Below, in pieces: positions 48,322 through 62,000 of a stretch of 64,000 nt of DNA. Made by a program: the position numbers and the translations under genes. The notes beneath the pieces were generated by a model. The model saw only the letters and a list, made by a program, of their open reading frames with translations, had not been told where the DNA came from and made no database searches. The stretch spans positions 5,492,734 to 5,556,733 of the forward strand of contig CAJINV010000004.1 of assembly GCA_905178155.1 (NCBI GenBank), read 5' to 3'. This DNA is from Amoebophrya sp. A120. Its lineage: Eukaryota; Protista; Dinoflagellata. The stretch's first letter is position 1. Every line of letters starts with the position of its first letter.

Positions 48322-51300
48322 ATGCGCCGTCTCCGTCCGGTCTTTCCGTCGTTGGTATTGCTATGGAGCGCCAGATTTCTTTCACTTCCCTACCAGCACG
48401 CTGGGCCAGTGACGGAGGCCGCGCAGTTGCACGCACCGGCGGGGAAAAATAAATCCTCCACTTCCGCTGATAAAGGAGCTCCTGTTACTGCCGGGGATAA
48501 GCACAAAAAAACTGCGTTAGTGTAGGTGTCGCAAAAATCACTACTTTTTTTGATATGCAAAACTAAACAATTCTCAAGCTGCGGCGCAATGCCCGACCTG
48601 GTATGTGTTGACGTTTATGAGGCGAATTGATGTAGTCAAAACTAGCTACGGCTGCTTCGGTACATGTGAATAGTTAAGGAGGCAGGACTCCAAAAGCCCG
48701 AACGCTGAAAGTATAAGGAGGCCGAAAGTTCCAGAACCCGCGCGAGAATGGCGCTGACTGCAATTCGGGCAGGGAAAACAGAACAGTGAAAGTGTAGGCC
48801 ACATCCCGGAAAAGGGAAAACGACGAGTGTAGCAGAGAAACTCTTCTCCTTGGGGGGCTCAAAAGGACCCCCAGAAATTGCACTACACTCATTCGGATCA
48901 CTTTTCCAAGATGGCCATTTACACTGCTTCTTTTTTCTTTTTATAGGTGGGGATTAGGAAAGAGAAATTTGCGAGTGTAACATTTTCACTTTCGCGCTGG
49001 GGGGGTGGTCAGGGGGGGTCGAGAAAGCGCCTCGATTTCAACGCGACCTGAAGGCTTAGCGTTGCGCTTACACTCATAAAATTATATTTTCCGCCTTCAA
49101 CTCTTCGGACTTTTCTCTTCTCAAAATGAAAACGCAACAAGTGCCGACTTGGAGGAGTACTACGACGATGCCCATCGGGTTTCGAAGCAGAAACATGAGT
49201 CCTGCCTCCTTAACTAGCTCAGGACAATTATTACCGAGGCAACCGCTAGCTACTTGCATTCCAAGCACCACAACACAGGAAGCATTAAGAAAACCGGACG
49301 TGCCTGCTTTTAAAAAAATCTTGAACTTTCGCTATGAAAAAATATCGCACTTTCTGAAATACCTACACTAACACAGTTTTTTCTTTCAATAACCGCTGAT
49401 AAAGGAGCTCCTGTTACTGCCGGGGACAAGAACGATGAAGATGACAGCGGCAGCACAACAAGGACTTCCGTCGTGGCAGATGGGATAAAAATAGTACAAA
49501 ACGAAGCTGCTGCTGACACCGAAGCGGCCAAACAACAAGAAAGCGAAGCTGACCTCTATTCCGAGTTTTTCAAGCAGCTCGGAGCCTATGTGTCCCAGCG
49601 AAACATTGCCTTCGCGACGAAGCTGCGCACCGCGCGGCCGCAGCAGTTTTTTGACAAGGCGATTTGGGAGCGAAAGTTTTGGGAGCAGGGCCGGCGGGGA
49701 CGGGTGTGCAAGGAAGACGAGCTGCATGACGGGAAGCGGTACGCGCTGCTTTGCCACCTACCGTGGGAACTGGACGAACACGAGTCCATGTTTGCGATTG
49801 AAGTCGAGCAGCACCAGGATCCTGGGCTGCACCAGAAATTATCCAAATCGGTTAGTTGTTCTCGGACGACGAGAGAAGGAGAAAAGACGCGTTGTCGTGG
49901 TTCATCTCCCCGCATAGCGGAGCAGGGTTGTCAGGCCGGAATACCAGAAGCAGGTGATCATGGCACAGACGGTGATGGAGCTGTGAGATCTGACGACGAT
50001 TTTTCGCTGCCCTGGAGTCGTCGACGCGTTACCTCCGATCAGAAAAATGTGCGGAATTCTTGCACCGCTTGCATCCTCTGCGGCGATGGGTGCGTGGTGC
50101 GTGCGAGCACCGGAAGAGACCACGGCCGCGCCGGGGAACAAGGCCGTTCCGGAGAAATTATCGCGAAGAAAGTATCAAGCAACTACACGTCTACTTCTGA
50201 CAGTTCAGACTCTGAAGTAGATTACAGTCCCACGAGCAGTAGTACAGCAGAGGCCGATGCAGCAGCCAGTTCGGACAGTTCCGACAGTATTAATCTTCAC
50301 GATAATTTCCACAACACGGCATGGATTTCTCCTAAAACACATACCTCCTCACCTTCCAGTCCGCTCTCCTGGCACAGCCTCGCATCCCTTCGAAGCTTGC
50401 TGCACTGCTGTGGTGGGGAACAAGAGGCGCAAAATGCAACAGGTTTTTATAGCAGCAGCAATCTTTATGGGTCCTCGTCGGCTGCGTACATCAAATACAA
50501 TCACGTGCTCCACCCTCGTTCTTGGCCGAAAAACACTACTTCACAGGAACAAGATGTGGAGTATGTGCTGACCTGCGGGGGAACTACTAGCTCGCCGGAA
50601 CACGAAGTCGATCCGTTGGTTTACCAAGGGGTAGACAAGGGTCTGGCCTGGCCCAAAAGTCCAAGGATGGGGACGAGCAACGGAAGTTCTTCGAGGGCTA
50701 AGAGTGTTGACGATAGTTCAAGTAGAACATCCTCCTCCTCGACGAGTTCTAGCACAGATAAAAATTCCTCGACGGAACAAATAGATGAAGTCGCCGAGCA
50801 GATGAGTAGAAAAAAAGTCGTTACCATAACGTTTTTTCGCAGCTACGGCACCGCCGCTGGGCCGACCTCTGGTACCAACGGCCCCAGTTCGGACGAGCTG
50901 TTCCGTATCGCGCTGCAGCACTATGTGCCGGAACAGTGGTTGGCGCAACTGCGAACCGCGTCCCGCCTCGTCCTGGTCAGTAACCACGTGAATAACGGGC
51001 AGACCGTGCGGCTGTTGGCAGGGCTCCTCCTGACGGCTGCGAGGACGACAACGACGAAAGATGTTCTTGACCAAAAACAGCAACTAAAGCTCTTCAACGC
51101 ACTCTCTCAGTTGGACGGCGAGCAGGGTGGCGAGCAGGCTGTAAAAATCGGGACTGCAGATGAAATGCCGAACAATATCCTGAGTAAAAATGTCCCCACA
51201 CCAGAGTCAAGATGGGAAATCCGCTAGACAAATCCATAAGCTTTGGCTGTTTCGCATGAAAAATTTGGACGCGTAGTGTAGTGCTGTTTGAGCTAGCTAA

Positions 51301-53393
51301 GCAGCATTACAGATCTAGTATCTCATGCTGATTGGCGCATTACAGATTTCCAAACCGCATTAGAAAATGCTTCTCATGGGGCTCCGCATGAGAAACATTT
51401 TAAGCATGCAGAGTAGCATGACAACTATGGTGTGGGTGCGTTTTTACACAGGATAAGCAACAGAGAAGATCTCGTAGATGAAACCCAAAGAACTTCTACC
51501 CCCGTACTAGATGAAGTTATTTTGCCGCTCAAGGTGAAAAGAACCCGCCAACAAGTGACAAACAATAAATTTCACGAAGACGAGGTAACAAGCAAAAAAT
51601 TTCCGCGGATCGCTCGCGAAACGAGCAGCGCATCGTCAGCTGCCAGCACAAGCATCGGGTCCGAGGGGACGCTATGGATTGCAAATATGTCTGGGTTTGG
51701 AAGCATTGGAACTTGTCATGCGGATTCCAGAATAGGCAAAAATTTGTATTGCAAGAGCCCCAGTAGAAAGAAGCTTTGGCTTTGCGTTTCTTGCTACCAA
51801 AAAGGGAATTTGTCATGTGGGACAGACAATAGATAACAGGCCTGCGCAAAACCTGAAATCCTTTTGCGTGCATTAGAGACCATCTGTGTAATCCAGAAAA
51901 TGCATGACAAACATTTGCAGTCTGCCAGACCCAGACATATTTGCACTGGATAGACGCAACACGGGATCTCGTCCTCTTCGCGCTTCACCTCGGTGGAGGA
52001 CTTCTCGGATGCGTTTGCGGGGCAAGAAAGGTCTTCTAGGGGTGGAACTCTACTGCCCCCGGTCTTTTCTCATCTTGCCGCAGCCGCGGTTGCAAGTAGT
52101 AACAGCAGTGCGCGAACGAGCGGAGAAGCGCCTGGTATTGGGTCAGCACTACCTTCTTCACCAACAGCAACTACTTCTCTAGAAGCGACTCCATATTACA
52201 ATTCAAATCAAGAAGATCCTCTTCATAATGCGCTCGCAAATCAAAAGAATGTTCGCCGGCGCGTGTACGACCGCGTTGTCCGCAGTATGCCGACTACCTT
52301 CGCCCGCCAGAATGCCCTATTGCAGCTGGAAGCCGTGCTGGGTTTGCGGTTCGTGCTGCGCTTGGACGAAACAGAATTCATCTGGACCTCCGGAGCCGCG
52401 CTCGATATCAAATGCAAAAATGTGTGGGTCTGGAAGATTGCGAGATTTGTCATGCTTGTCCGGCATGACAAAAAAGTTTGTGATGCGTGTCCAAGAAGAG
52501 ACCCTTATGCCTGTCATGCAAAAACGCAGTTTCTCATGCGAAAACCGAACACAAAGAAGCGCAGATATTTCTCATGCTTGGCTGTCCATTGCAGAGCATT
52601 CACTATTCCCAACACAGCATTACAAGTTTCCAGACTCAGACATTTTTGCAGTTGATACTCGACGGCCGGAGGAGGCTCGGTTTGAAGGAGTATCTTTCGG
52701 GAAGTTCTACTCGTTATGAAATGCAAAAATGTCTGGGTCTGGAGCAGTGGAACTTGTGATGCGTGTCTTGCATTCCTGGAAAATCTGTGTTGCATGAGCA
52801 GCAAAAGTAAAAGAGGAGCTTGCTTTGTCATGCAAAAACGCAACTTGTGATGCGTGACAGGCATCAGCAGGCGTTTCTAGACTTGTCATGCCTGGCTGCC
52901 ATTGCAAGCGCTTCAATCATGCTTAATTCAGCATCACAGATTTCCAGACCCAGACATATTTGCAATCCATACTCGTAGAGCGCTGCAGGATCTTCATCCT
53001 CGTCGTTCTTGCTATAGTTGCTATAACTGCTGCGCCGCGGTGGATGCAGGCAGAAGCAGAAGGTATAGAAGTTCTTGTGTATTTCCATGCAATTCTTCAA
53101 GAAGAACATCGTCACCTGTCGTGAAACAGCTTGCTGCCGCTTTCGCCAACTGCTACCGACAAAGCTGCAACGACACTGAAAGTTATGAAGCCTGCTCGGA
53201 CGAGGACGACGAGTGTGGCAGTAGGATCGGAAGCGACGACGACGACGACGAGGGGGACACGAGTAGTTTCTCTAGTTGTGCACAAGAGCCTGCTCCAGAC
53301 TCTCTAGAACTGTGGAGCAATGAGGAGTACACGGCGTATGAAGAGTCGGATAAAATCGTCAACATCATTTTCCACGCTGACCGGGTCTGGTAG
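48322..53393 (+). CDS. Putative secreted protein of unknown function; 6 exons
   Basis: Signal-peptide-like N-terminus (MRRLRPVFPSLVLLWSARFLSL); frame continuous to TAG 53391-53393 after removing five TIR elements. Confidence 0.65.
48498..49391. mobile_element. Introner-like TIR element flanked by a 34-bp duplication and carrying a nested MITE
   Basis: TIR core AAAAAACTGYGTTAGTGTAGGT at both ends; CCGCTGATAAAGGAGCTCCTGTTACTGCCGGGGA repeated at 48464-48497 and 49393-49426. Confidence 0.8.
48678..49209. mobile_element. Non-autonomous TTAA-targeting DNA transposon (Kolobok-like MITE)
   Basis: TTAA|GGAGGCAGGACTC...GAGTCCTGCCTCC|TTAA: perfect 13-bp TIR with GG...CC termini; no coding capacity. 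Confidence 0.75.
51176..51455. mobile_element. Introner family D
   Basis: TATCCTGAGTAAAAATGTCCCCAC...GTGGGTGCGTTTTTACACAGGATA; TSD AACAA/AGCAA. Confidence 0.9.
51673..51952. mobile_element. Introner family A
   Basis: Family A TIR; TSD GACGC. Confidence 0.9.
52406..52657. mobile_element. Introner family A
   Basis: Family A TIR; TSD CTCGA. Confidence 0.92.
52715..52971. mobile_element. Introner family A
   Basis: Family A TIR; TSD CTCGT. Confidence 0.9.
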
Positions 53394-55099
53394 AGCATTC
53401 AATATGCTCATTTGCGGTTGATATTTTTAACACTAGGACTACTTCTGTAGAGTAGACTTACGCGGACAACTTTTCGTCTGTGGCGCTTGTAGCAATTTTG
53501 ATTGAAAAATGGCTCGAGTTAATTTCGTTCAAGTGTGTAGTACGTAGTTTCATTTTCTCGATGCTGAATGTGTATGAAGAAACACATGCTGGGAGGTTGA
53601 ACAATGATTTTGCTACAAATGTACCGTTTGCGTTTCGTACCATCCAATGTACTCACTTTTGCAGTTGAATATTTTCACAATTTCCATCAAAACTATACCT
53701 ACGTAAGCCCCGCGCAACATGGTAGTACTCCATAAAGTCAATGTCCGCGAAATGTAACAAATGAAGCGGAAAATGAAAAAGTTTTGTCCACAGGAGCATG
53801 TTTTTGTCTGGTAAAACACAACAAGCACCTCTACCACGCCAAAGTAATTTCAGCTCCGGGAAGAATTGTTTTTCATCCTGGGAACTTCTTTCTACCACGG
53901 GTGGTCAGCACCGAATGTTGACTAGTGCCGCTAGCGCTGCGACAGTGAGGTTGATACAGCAATGCAAATCAGTGGATGTATTGTTTCAGCACGAAGACTC
54001 TACTGCAAAGATGATGCTAGGGGGGCACTACTGGTCTTGAGGATCAAAATTGAAGATCGAGAGAAAGAATTGCGTTCAAATAGAACAGAAACTGGACAAA
54101 ACTTGCTGTACCGCCGCACCGCCTGAGTACTTGCTACGAACAGACCAATTCGGTACAATACAAATCCGATCCAATGTTGTACAGACGTGACAAAGACAAC
54201 ATTTTGATCAAGCTGAAGCGCGAAAACTTCTTCGGTCCACGACCACGTCAGTGTAGATAAGTGAGTTGAATACCCGTGGTTCGGTGGCTCCTACATGCTA
54301 GAGTACGAAATTAAAGAGTACAAGAATAACTGCACCACATCACGGGAAAAAATAGGTGCTGATCACGATCATGATGAGAGCGCGCGAGGCGATATTTTAA
54401 CGTGGAGACGACGCTTTAATTTTTCAATAGTAAGTAAGTGACTGCTTGCGCTTTTGTTCTCGGTTTGACACATGTTCTCGCTCGTAGGAGAATGACAATG
54501 AAAAAACACATGTCGCTGACAGCAGGCCCCTCCTGATTACCCTAGTTATTTGCTTACCTCACAATAATCACGGCCTTTTTATTATTTGAGCTGCTAACCA
54601 GCGATATCTCGCTGTCCCTACTGAAAGCAGCATCTACAGACACTGAAAACTGAAACGACAGGAAAAGCTACATTTGCAAAACTGACGTTGGGGTTTTACA
54701 TATTCTTGTACCTGACTACAAACTCCATTTTAATAATTCGAATTGTCATACGGAAAAAAAATAAAAAACACAAAGAGCTCCATCATGATTGTTCATAAAC
54801 CTCTGAAGATGCTGCCCTCCTCCTTGCGAGTCGTTTCGTTTGTAGAGTCAGTAGCACTCCTACTCGCTCTACAAGCTTCTTCGTTATTGATCTCCATGCC
54901 CCCCACTAGTGTTGCGAGGGTGCAGAAGATGCGTGCTACTTCTGCCACGCGGGCACTAGATTTGCAGCATTGCTTCGACCTTGCGACGGACGTGCAGTAT
55001 TATTGCCATGAAAAACCGCGGGACAATATGGATGCCGTTCTGGTCGAGTACGTGACGACAAAGAAGACGGCGAAGGTGCGATACATATGCGATACATAA

Positions 55100-55955
55100 C
55101 CAAATATTCGAAAGAAGGAAGAAATTTCTAAAATCTCCAATCTGTGATGATGAATTTCAGATTATGACTAAATCCATGCCACATCAAATATACGAAAATC
55201 ATCTTCAAGATATCGATCGAAAACAAAATTCTTTTCAGAACAGAAATAGATCTGGAAGATTTTTCCATGAAAAATCATATATCGATCGATTCATCGAGAA
55301 GAATGGAGAGAAGGAATATGTATTCGAATTATTTTTAAGATGTTCTGTGAATGTGATTCATGATAATCGAAATGAATATAAGAAATTAAGACAATGAATA
55401 TATCTTCAATGACATGTATATGGATTCATATTCCCTCTTGATTTTTTATGTGGATTCATTCTTCATGACTTTTTATTTCCTCTTGATTTTTAATCACATT
55501 GAAGAATTGAAAACGACATATGGATTTCAAGAATCAAAATTAGAATGGAAAGATTCTTCTTCTTTCGAAAGCGAATAGACATAGAATAATATTGATAGAA
55601 TATCAGAATTTCATTCTTTCGAAAATGATATATGGTCTCTGATCTCAATGGATGATCATGAATGAATCTTCTCTCTACAATCGACAATATATTTTCAATC
55701 CGATAATATCACAAATTCACTCACATTACGAATTCCGGAAAGCAACAGAACAAAAAAAATGGAAAAATTTGAATTTATTCCTATGAATCCATCAAAGAAT
55801 GACATGAATTTCAACATCAGATTTTTCGATATTTTATTTTTTCCTCCGAAGATGATATCCTTATCGATCGAGAATTGTCATAATTCGAACCCCAGAATGA
55901 AGAAGAAAAAGAAACATCTCCATTTTCGAAAGAGAATCATAAGAAAGATGGGTAG
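55100..55955. other. AT-rich island of foreign-looking composition
   Basis: Abrupt drop in GC with frequent ATCGAT/GAAT/ATTC words; only short, unrecognisable ORFs. Confidence 0.6.
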
Positions 55956-56015
55956 TGAGCATGAGACTCCGTTTCGAGTAGTATACACTGGCCCCGGGAA
56001 GTCGTGATCATGTAG

Positions 56016-59000
56016 TCATGTCTTTATCGTTGTCATTTTCTCTAAAAGTGGTGGTCTATGTTGCACAAAGGGTAAATCCACCACCTTCAGAGGCACCAAT
56101 TTTCTGTAGTTACCCCGCTTGATGCCCTGCATCAAGTGGAATTTGATCCTGAGCAAAAACGTCCCCCATACCAGAGTTGTCATGCAGATTTGCAATTACA
56201 GCAACATTTGTAACTAATGGCATTTCCAATCGTTTTTTGAAATTTGTAATGTTGTAAGCAGGATAGGAGAGTGGCTTTGTCATGTGGTTGTGCTTGCTAC
56301 CCTGTACTACAATACAGAGAAAAATTTGTCATGCGTCACCCCCAAAACTTCTGGATTTGTGATGCTGAGTTCCCAACTTGACTCTGGGGTGGGGACGTTT
56401 TTGCTCAGCATAAATTTGATCCGTTCGCCGGACATTCTCCCCGCCGGCAGGTCGAACAACACGCTGGCAAACAAGCGCTTCCCCTCCTCCGCGTATTCCG
56501 GGTGGACGTAGCCCAACGCAATCCGGGTCTTCTTATGTGGGGAGAAACAACAGCTGCCGATGTGCCCCACCATCCGTCGGATGAAGCCCCCGTCGGAGAT
56601 GAGGACGCAGCCGGGGTGCGCGAACTTGCCCGGTTGAATTTCCAACCCGACCAAACGCCACTTCGGGCCGCGCGCCAGATCGTAGAACAATCGTTGCCAC
56701 CCGAAGAGGGTGTGGTTGCGAAGCTTGTTTTGCGAGATCGTCCAGGCGAGGGAGGCTCTCACCGGGGTCACCATGCCGGGCAGCAGATCCTGGCCCATTT
56801 TGACGTGCCCGGCCTCCAGACGGAGGAGGTCAAAGGCCTGGTAGGTGCCGAGGAGCAGCTGAGGGTCGTGGCGGTCGTCGTCTGTAGTAAAAGATCCGTC
56901 AACAAACGTTTGATCACATAATTCTCGTTGTTCTGGTATTACAACTCTGGCCTGCTTCTGGGGTTCATCTAGTGCGGAGGCCCCTGTGGTCCTCAGGGCT
57001 TTCTCGTTGAAAATCCGCACCAGCCGGTCATGGCCGAAAATAACAAATCCGTCCTCGCCGGTCATCGAGACTCGGGCGATGTGGAGGTGCAGAAGCTCTT
57101 CCGGATTATAGGCGTATTGCTCTTCACAGCTACTGCTTCCACTTGATGTAGTTGGGCACGTACTATCCTCTTGTTCTGCAGAGAACAACATACTTGGACG
57201 ACTACGTCGTTCTCTCGTTCTACCCGGCGCAGCGGCGAAGGACAGACAGCTGTTTGTTGGCATGCGGGTGATTTTTTTCCGCAGGGAAGCCGCTCGACGC
57301 AAGGCTGCCGACGCCGGGCGAGCCACGACGCTGTCGTCGGTTGTTGCTGTCGTCGAAGTGCTGTTATCGGCTGTTTCATCAGGCTCCTCGTCAAGACTAG
57401 AGGACAGGAAAACGACCGGATTGATTTCATCGCCGGTACTTCTATCAGAGTCCTCGTACAGTCGCGCCACGGTCCCAGCGACCGTCACCGCGCTTGCCGG
57501 TCCTGCAATTTCCACGGATGCCGACATCTTGTGGAAGGTGGAATTGCGTATGCGCGCCGCTTTCGCGATCTCGTCGTCGAAGATGAAAGTACTATCGACT
57601 TGTCCGCATTCGGAGGAGGAAATGGTAACGTCAAGCCCAGTTTGCCGCGTGTACATGACGTAGTTCTGGAGGTAGTCGAAGGTCTGCTTCGCATCGTGGC
57701 CCTCGAGGACGAGAAAAATGTCGTTCTGCATCTTGCACACGAATCCCACATCCAGCACGCGCGCCATCGTGTCCAAGACGCAGGAGTAACACACGTCCCC
57801 GGGCTCCATCTTGGTGCGGACGTCAGTCGTGAGAAAGTGGTCGGTATCCAGTGCAAATATCCCTGGATGTGGTCTGGAAGGTGAGAACTTGTGATGCTGT
57901 CGTTGGATTCTGAACAAATCTGTATTGCAGGCCCAGCGATATTAGGAGTCCAGTCTGTGGACTCACGGCGAGGGCATTTCTCATGCAGAATGGGCATCAG
58001 GAAGCCCTCTGAAAATCTGTGATGTTGCCAGGTCATGCATTACAGGCATTATGGGTCATGCAAAATATGCATGACAAGCCTGGCAATCTTCCAGACCCAG
58101 ACATATTTGCACAATGCATAGTCGGCCACCACCGCGCGGTCCCGCCCGGAAAGCCGGAAAATCTGACGGAAAGACGTGTCGAACAAAACCGCGGAGGTAT
58201 TGTGAGGAAAAATCCCCCCTCCCCATATTACAACGAAGTTTCTGATGCTGGATTTGAGTACACAAATCAGGTTTGTCTTGCAGAAAGTGCTTGGCGGCAT
58301 TTTCTGAGCCTGTTTGGGTATGCAGAAGGCTCGCAATTACGCATGGCAAACAGGTTTGCAGTAGCCGAAAGCGGATGACAGATTGCCTTTGGAATGCGCC
58401 ACATGGCTCCTATTGCCCTATAGGCAAGACAAAGATGATTTGTGACCACAAATCAGCATCACAAATTTCCATTTTGAAATGGGGAGGGAGGATTTTTCCT
58501 CTTAATAGGAGGTTCGCGCTGCCGTCACTGTCTGTTGCGTGGACGGGAGGAATACACGACGAGTGCGGCACTCGTCGCGGTGGGGTTGTGAACAAGCAGG
58601 TTGAGGAGATTCAGATGGTGACATGAGTTTGGGTCGTTGTTGTCCCTTTTGATGATAATGCGATCTTCGTTGTTGCACAACTTCTACCTCCCCCGATGTT
58701 CTTGAGCATTCTTCATCCTCAGCTTTGCTCTCCCCTACTACAGTTCTTCTCCACGTTGGTTTGACGCTCATCGGCAGCACGCAGCGGTTCACCTCACCCC
58801 AATCGATTTCGATGTGTTCTCGATGCGCCGCCTTGCTCCACACGTCGCACAACGCCGTGCACCGGAGCTCCTTCCACGGGTTGCCTGTACTACTGCCATA
58901 TCAAATGTAAAAATGTCTGGGTCTGGAAGAATGGAAGGCTTGTCATGCTTGTCTGGCATGACCCATGATGCTTGTAATGCATGACCCAGCATCACAGATT

Positions 59001-62000
59001 TTTGGAAAGCTTCCTGATGCCATTTCCGCATGACAAATGCCCTCCTCGCGTAGCACAAATGTGGCTCCTCTTGCTGGTCATGCAATACAGATTTTTTTAG
59101 AGTCCAAAATTAGCATCACAAGTTCCAACTTTCCAGACCCAGACACTTTTACATTTGATATGCCAAAAAGGTTGGCTGTCGGTTCTGCAAAATCCTCGAT
59201 ATTACCGCTGGAGACTGACGGAGATTGGGTATGATCCGATGTTATCATATGTAAAAACGTCACCACACCAGAGTCAAGATGGGAACTTAGCGACACAAAT
59301 CCAGAAGTTTTGGGAGCCACGCATGACAAGTTGCAGTCCGTAGTGTAGTTACGCATGTTAGCAACGAGAACCACATCACAAATCCATCTGCTCATCCTGT
59401 TTACAGCATTACAAAATCCAAAACACGATTGGAAACGCCCCTCAATGAGATGCGCATTACAAATCTTCCTGTAGTCGCAAATCTGCATGACAACTCTGGG
59501 GTGGGAACATTTTTACTCAGGATAGATGTTGTTACGAGGTCCTGTCGCGTTTCTTCTCGCGGCGTACTAGCTGCCACAGCTGTTGATGTCGAAATATCAA
59601 CTCGGTCTGGACTGGTCGTAGCCGTTGCTCCTTCTACGGGTACAGAGGGCGAAGCTATTGAAAGGAAAAGTCCCCCCTCCCCATATCGAAAAGGTATGTT
59701 TCCGACAATTTGTCTTGGTGATTTGAGACCACAAACCACGTCTGTCTTGCAAGAAGACAATCCCACAGGCTCTGCCGCATTATGCAGGCGGTTTGTGATG
59801 GATGCTGTTGGGCCTACAGCATAGCCGTTTCCCACGCTAAGCGCCTAGGCCAAAACCTCTCTAATCAGGCTTGGCAGGAGCCTGCAGTCCTCTACTGCAA
59901 GACAGACCTGATTTGTATATGCAAATCCAGCATCAGAATCAGAAACTTCCGGTGGATATGGGGAGGGGGGATTTTTCCTTGTGATAAAAGCAGACGGAGT
60001 CATGCAGTTTGAGGACGACCTCTCGGCAGCCTCAGGCTGCAAACCATGGTCCTCGTGCCCGTTGGGCTGAGAGAATGAGCAGTTTTTTCCCGGCAGCGTG
60101 GTGGTATTTTCATTCTCTGCAGAAACGTGAAGATCTGACGGAGCTGCAGCAGTTGTGCTGGCTGCTACGATATGCATTGCAAATATGTCTGGGTCTGGAA
60201 GGTTGAAACTTGTGATGCGCATTTCAGAACACAGAAAAATCTCTCATGCATAGGCAGCAAAAGTTGCCCACTTTCTGTCACCAAAATCAGGGATTTGTCA
60301 TGCGGATTCGGCATTCCGAATGCTTCTCGAAACCTGTGATGCTAGAGCCTCCATGCCAGACCTTCTGTGTCATGCAAAAACAGCATGAGTCTTCCAGACC
60401 CAGACATTTTTACATTTGATATTCGATAGAAACCCTTGCGCCCTTATAATTTCCATCTACGACTACGTCACCGGAAGGTGGTGCTGCGGCCCTTCCACTG
60501 CTCATCTGCGCCGATGCTGGCAAATCAAAACCGGGCGATGTAGTTCTTGAAGAAGGTTCCTCGAGGAGCTGTTGGAGTGTAGTTTTCGAATCCCCTTGAT
60601 GTAGCTCGTCCTGCAAGGACATCTGATCACCGGGTCCGATGGCGCCGTCGTTGAGATTCTTGACCCCTCGAACCAAAAGGTCGACATGATCTTGCCGAAA
60701 GTGGTTCGAGTCGGGCATCGTGGCTTGAATTTGCTGCTTGACTTGCAACTGCTCCTCCAGTAGGGGAGCGAGGTTTATTGAGGGCTGCCGGAAGAGCGGG
60801 CTGGGCGGGAGTTTTTGTGTACTACGAGTAGAACTGGGGACGAGGAACAAATGTTGGTCCTGCGATTTGATGTTCGATGCAGGATCATTTTCTACACAAC
60901 TTCTGGTTCCGCCTCCAGTACTGCTGCTTGTGCTCTTCGCAGCATCAACAGAGGTTGAAGATTTCGTCGCGCCGAATGCAGAAAAATTTGACGGATCAAC
61001 ACCGTGAAAGGGGGTATTTAGAAGATGCTGTTGACCTCCTCCACTCTCGCCAGTAGTTGTAGTGCAGCTCCTGCTACCCACCTCCACCTCGACCTCGTTC
61101 TGCAGTCGTGCCGCGAAATAGTCGTCGATGTTTTTTTCCCGCTGCGCCAGCCACTCCTGCTGCGCACTGTTGGGTCCGGAGAGCTTGCCTAGTTCGTGCA
61201 GCCGCAACGGATTGCGCAGCCAACCCCCGTGGGTACCGCACCGGCCACTGCGTTTTATTTGGAATGACGTTTTTTTAGTAGTACTTTTGGTAGGGGTTCT
61301 ATTGCAAGGAAAAATCCCCCCTCCCCATATTGAAAACGCATCCTTCTGAAAAGCAGACTCGTGATTTGTGACCACAGAGCGGGCCTGTCTTGCTAGAAGG
61401 CAGATCCAGGCTCTCTGCCACGTTATGCAGGCGATTTGTAATGCTGTAAGGCTCACAGGGTAGTCGTCTACCATGCTAGGTGCCTACACCAAAAGACCCC
61501 CGCCTAGGCTCAGGATCTGCGTGCATTCCTCTACTGCAACACAAATTTGATTTGTGTATTCAAATCCAGCATCAGAAATTTCGTTTTGATATGGGGAGGG
61601 GGGATTTTTCCTTTTGATAGGTTCTAGTGTAGTTCTCCGCGACGTCCACTCCGGAAGATGAGGAGGACCAGGACTCTATCCTATGTAAAAACGTCCCCAC
61701 CCCAGAGCTGTCATGCAGGTAGGCATGCGAAAAATGTTTGTCATGCGGAGCCCCATGAGAAGTATTCTCTAGTCGTGTTTTGGAACTTGCAGCGCTCCAA
61801 TCAGCGTGATAGGCTAGATCTGTGATGCTGCTGAACGAACTAAGCAGGATCACACTACGAGGACAAAGCTGTCATGCGAAACAACCAGAGGTGGCTGATT
61901 TGTCTAGCGGATTTCCCAATTTGACTCTGGAGTGGGGACATTTTTACTCAGGATAGACTCTTCGATGACCGGCGCAGCATCTTCCGAGATATTTACGAAA

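Noticed and set aside
54743-55099. 118-aa ORF with a hydrophobic segment
   Set aside because: No recognisable family and it abuts the AT-rich island; not enough support to call a gene.
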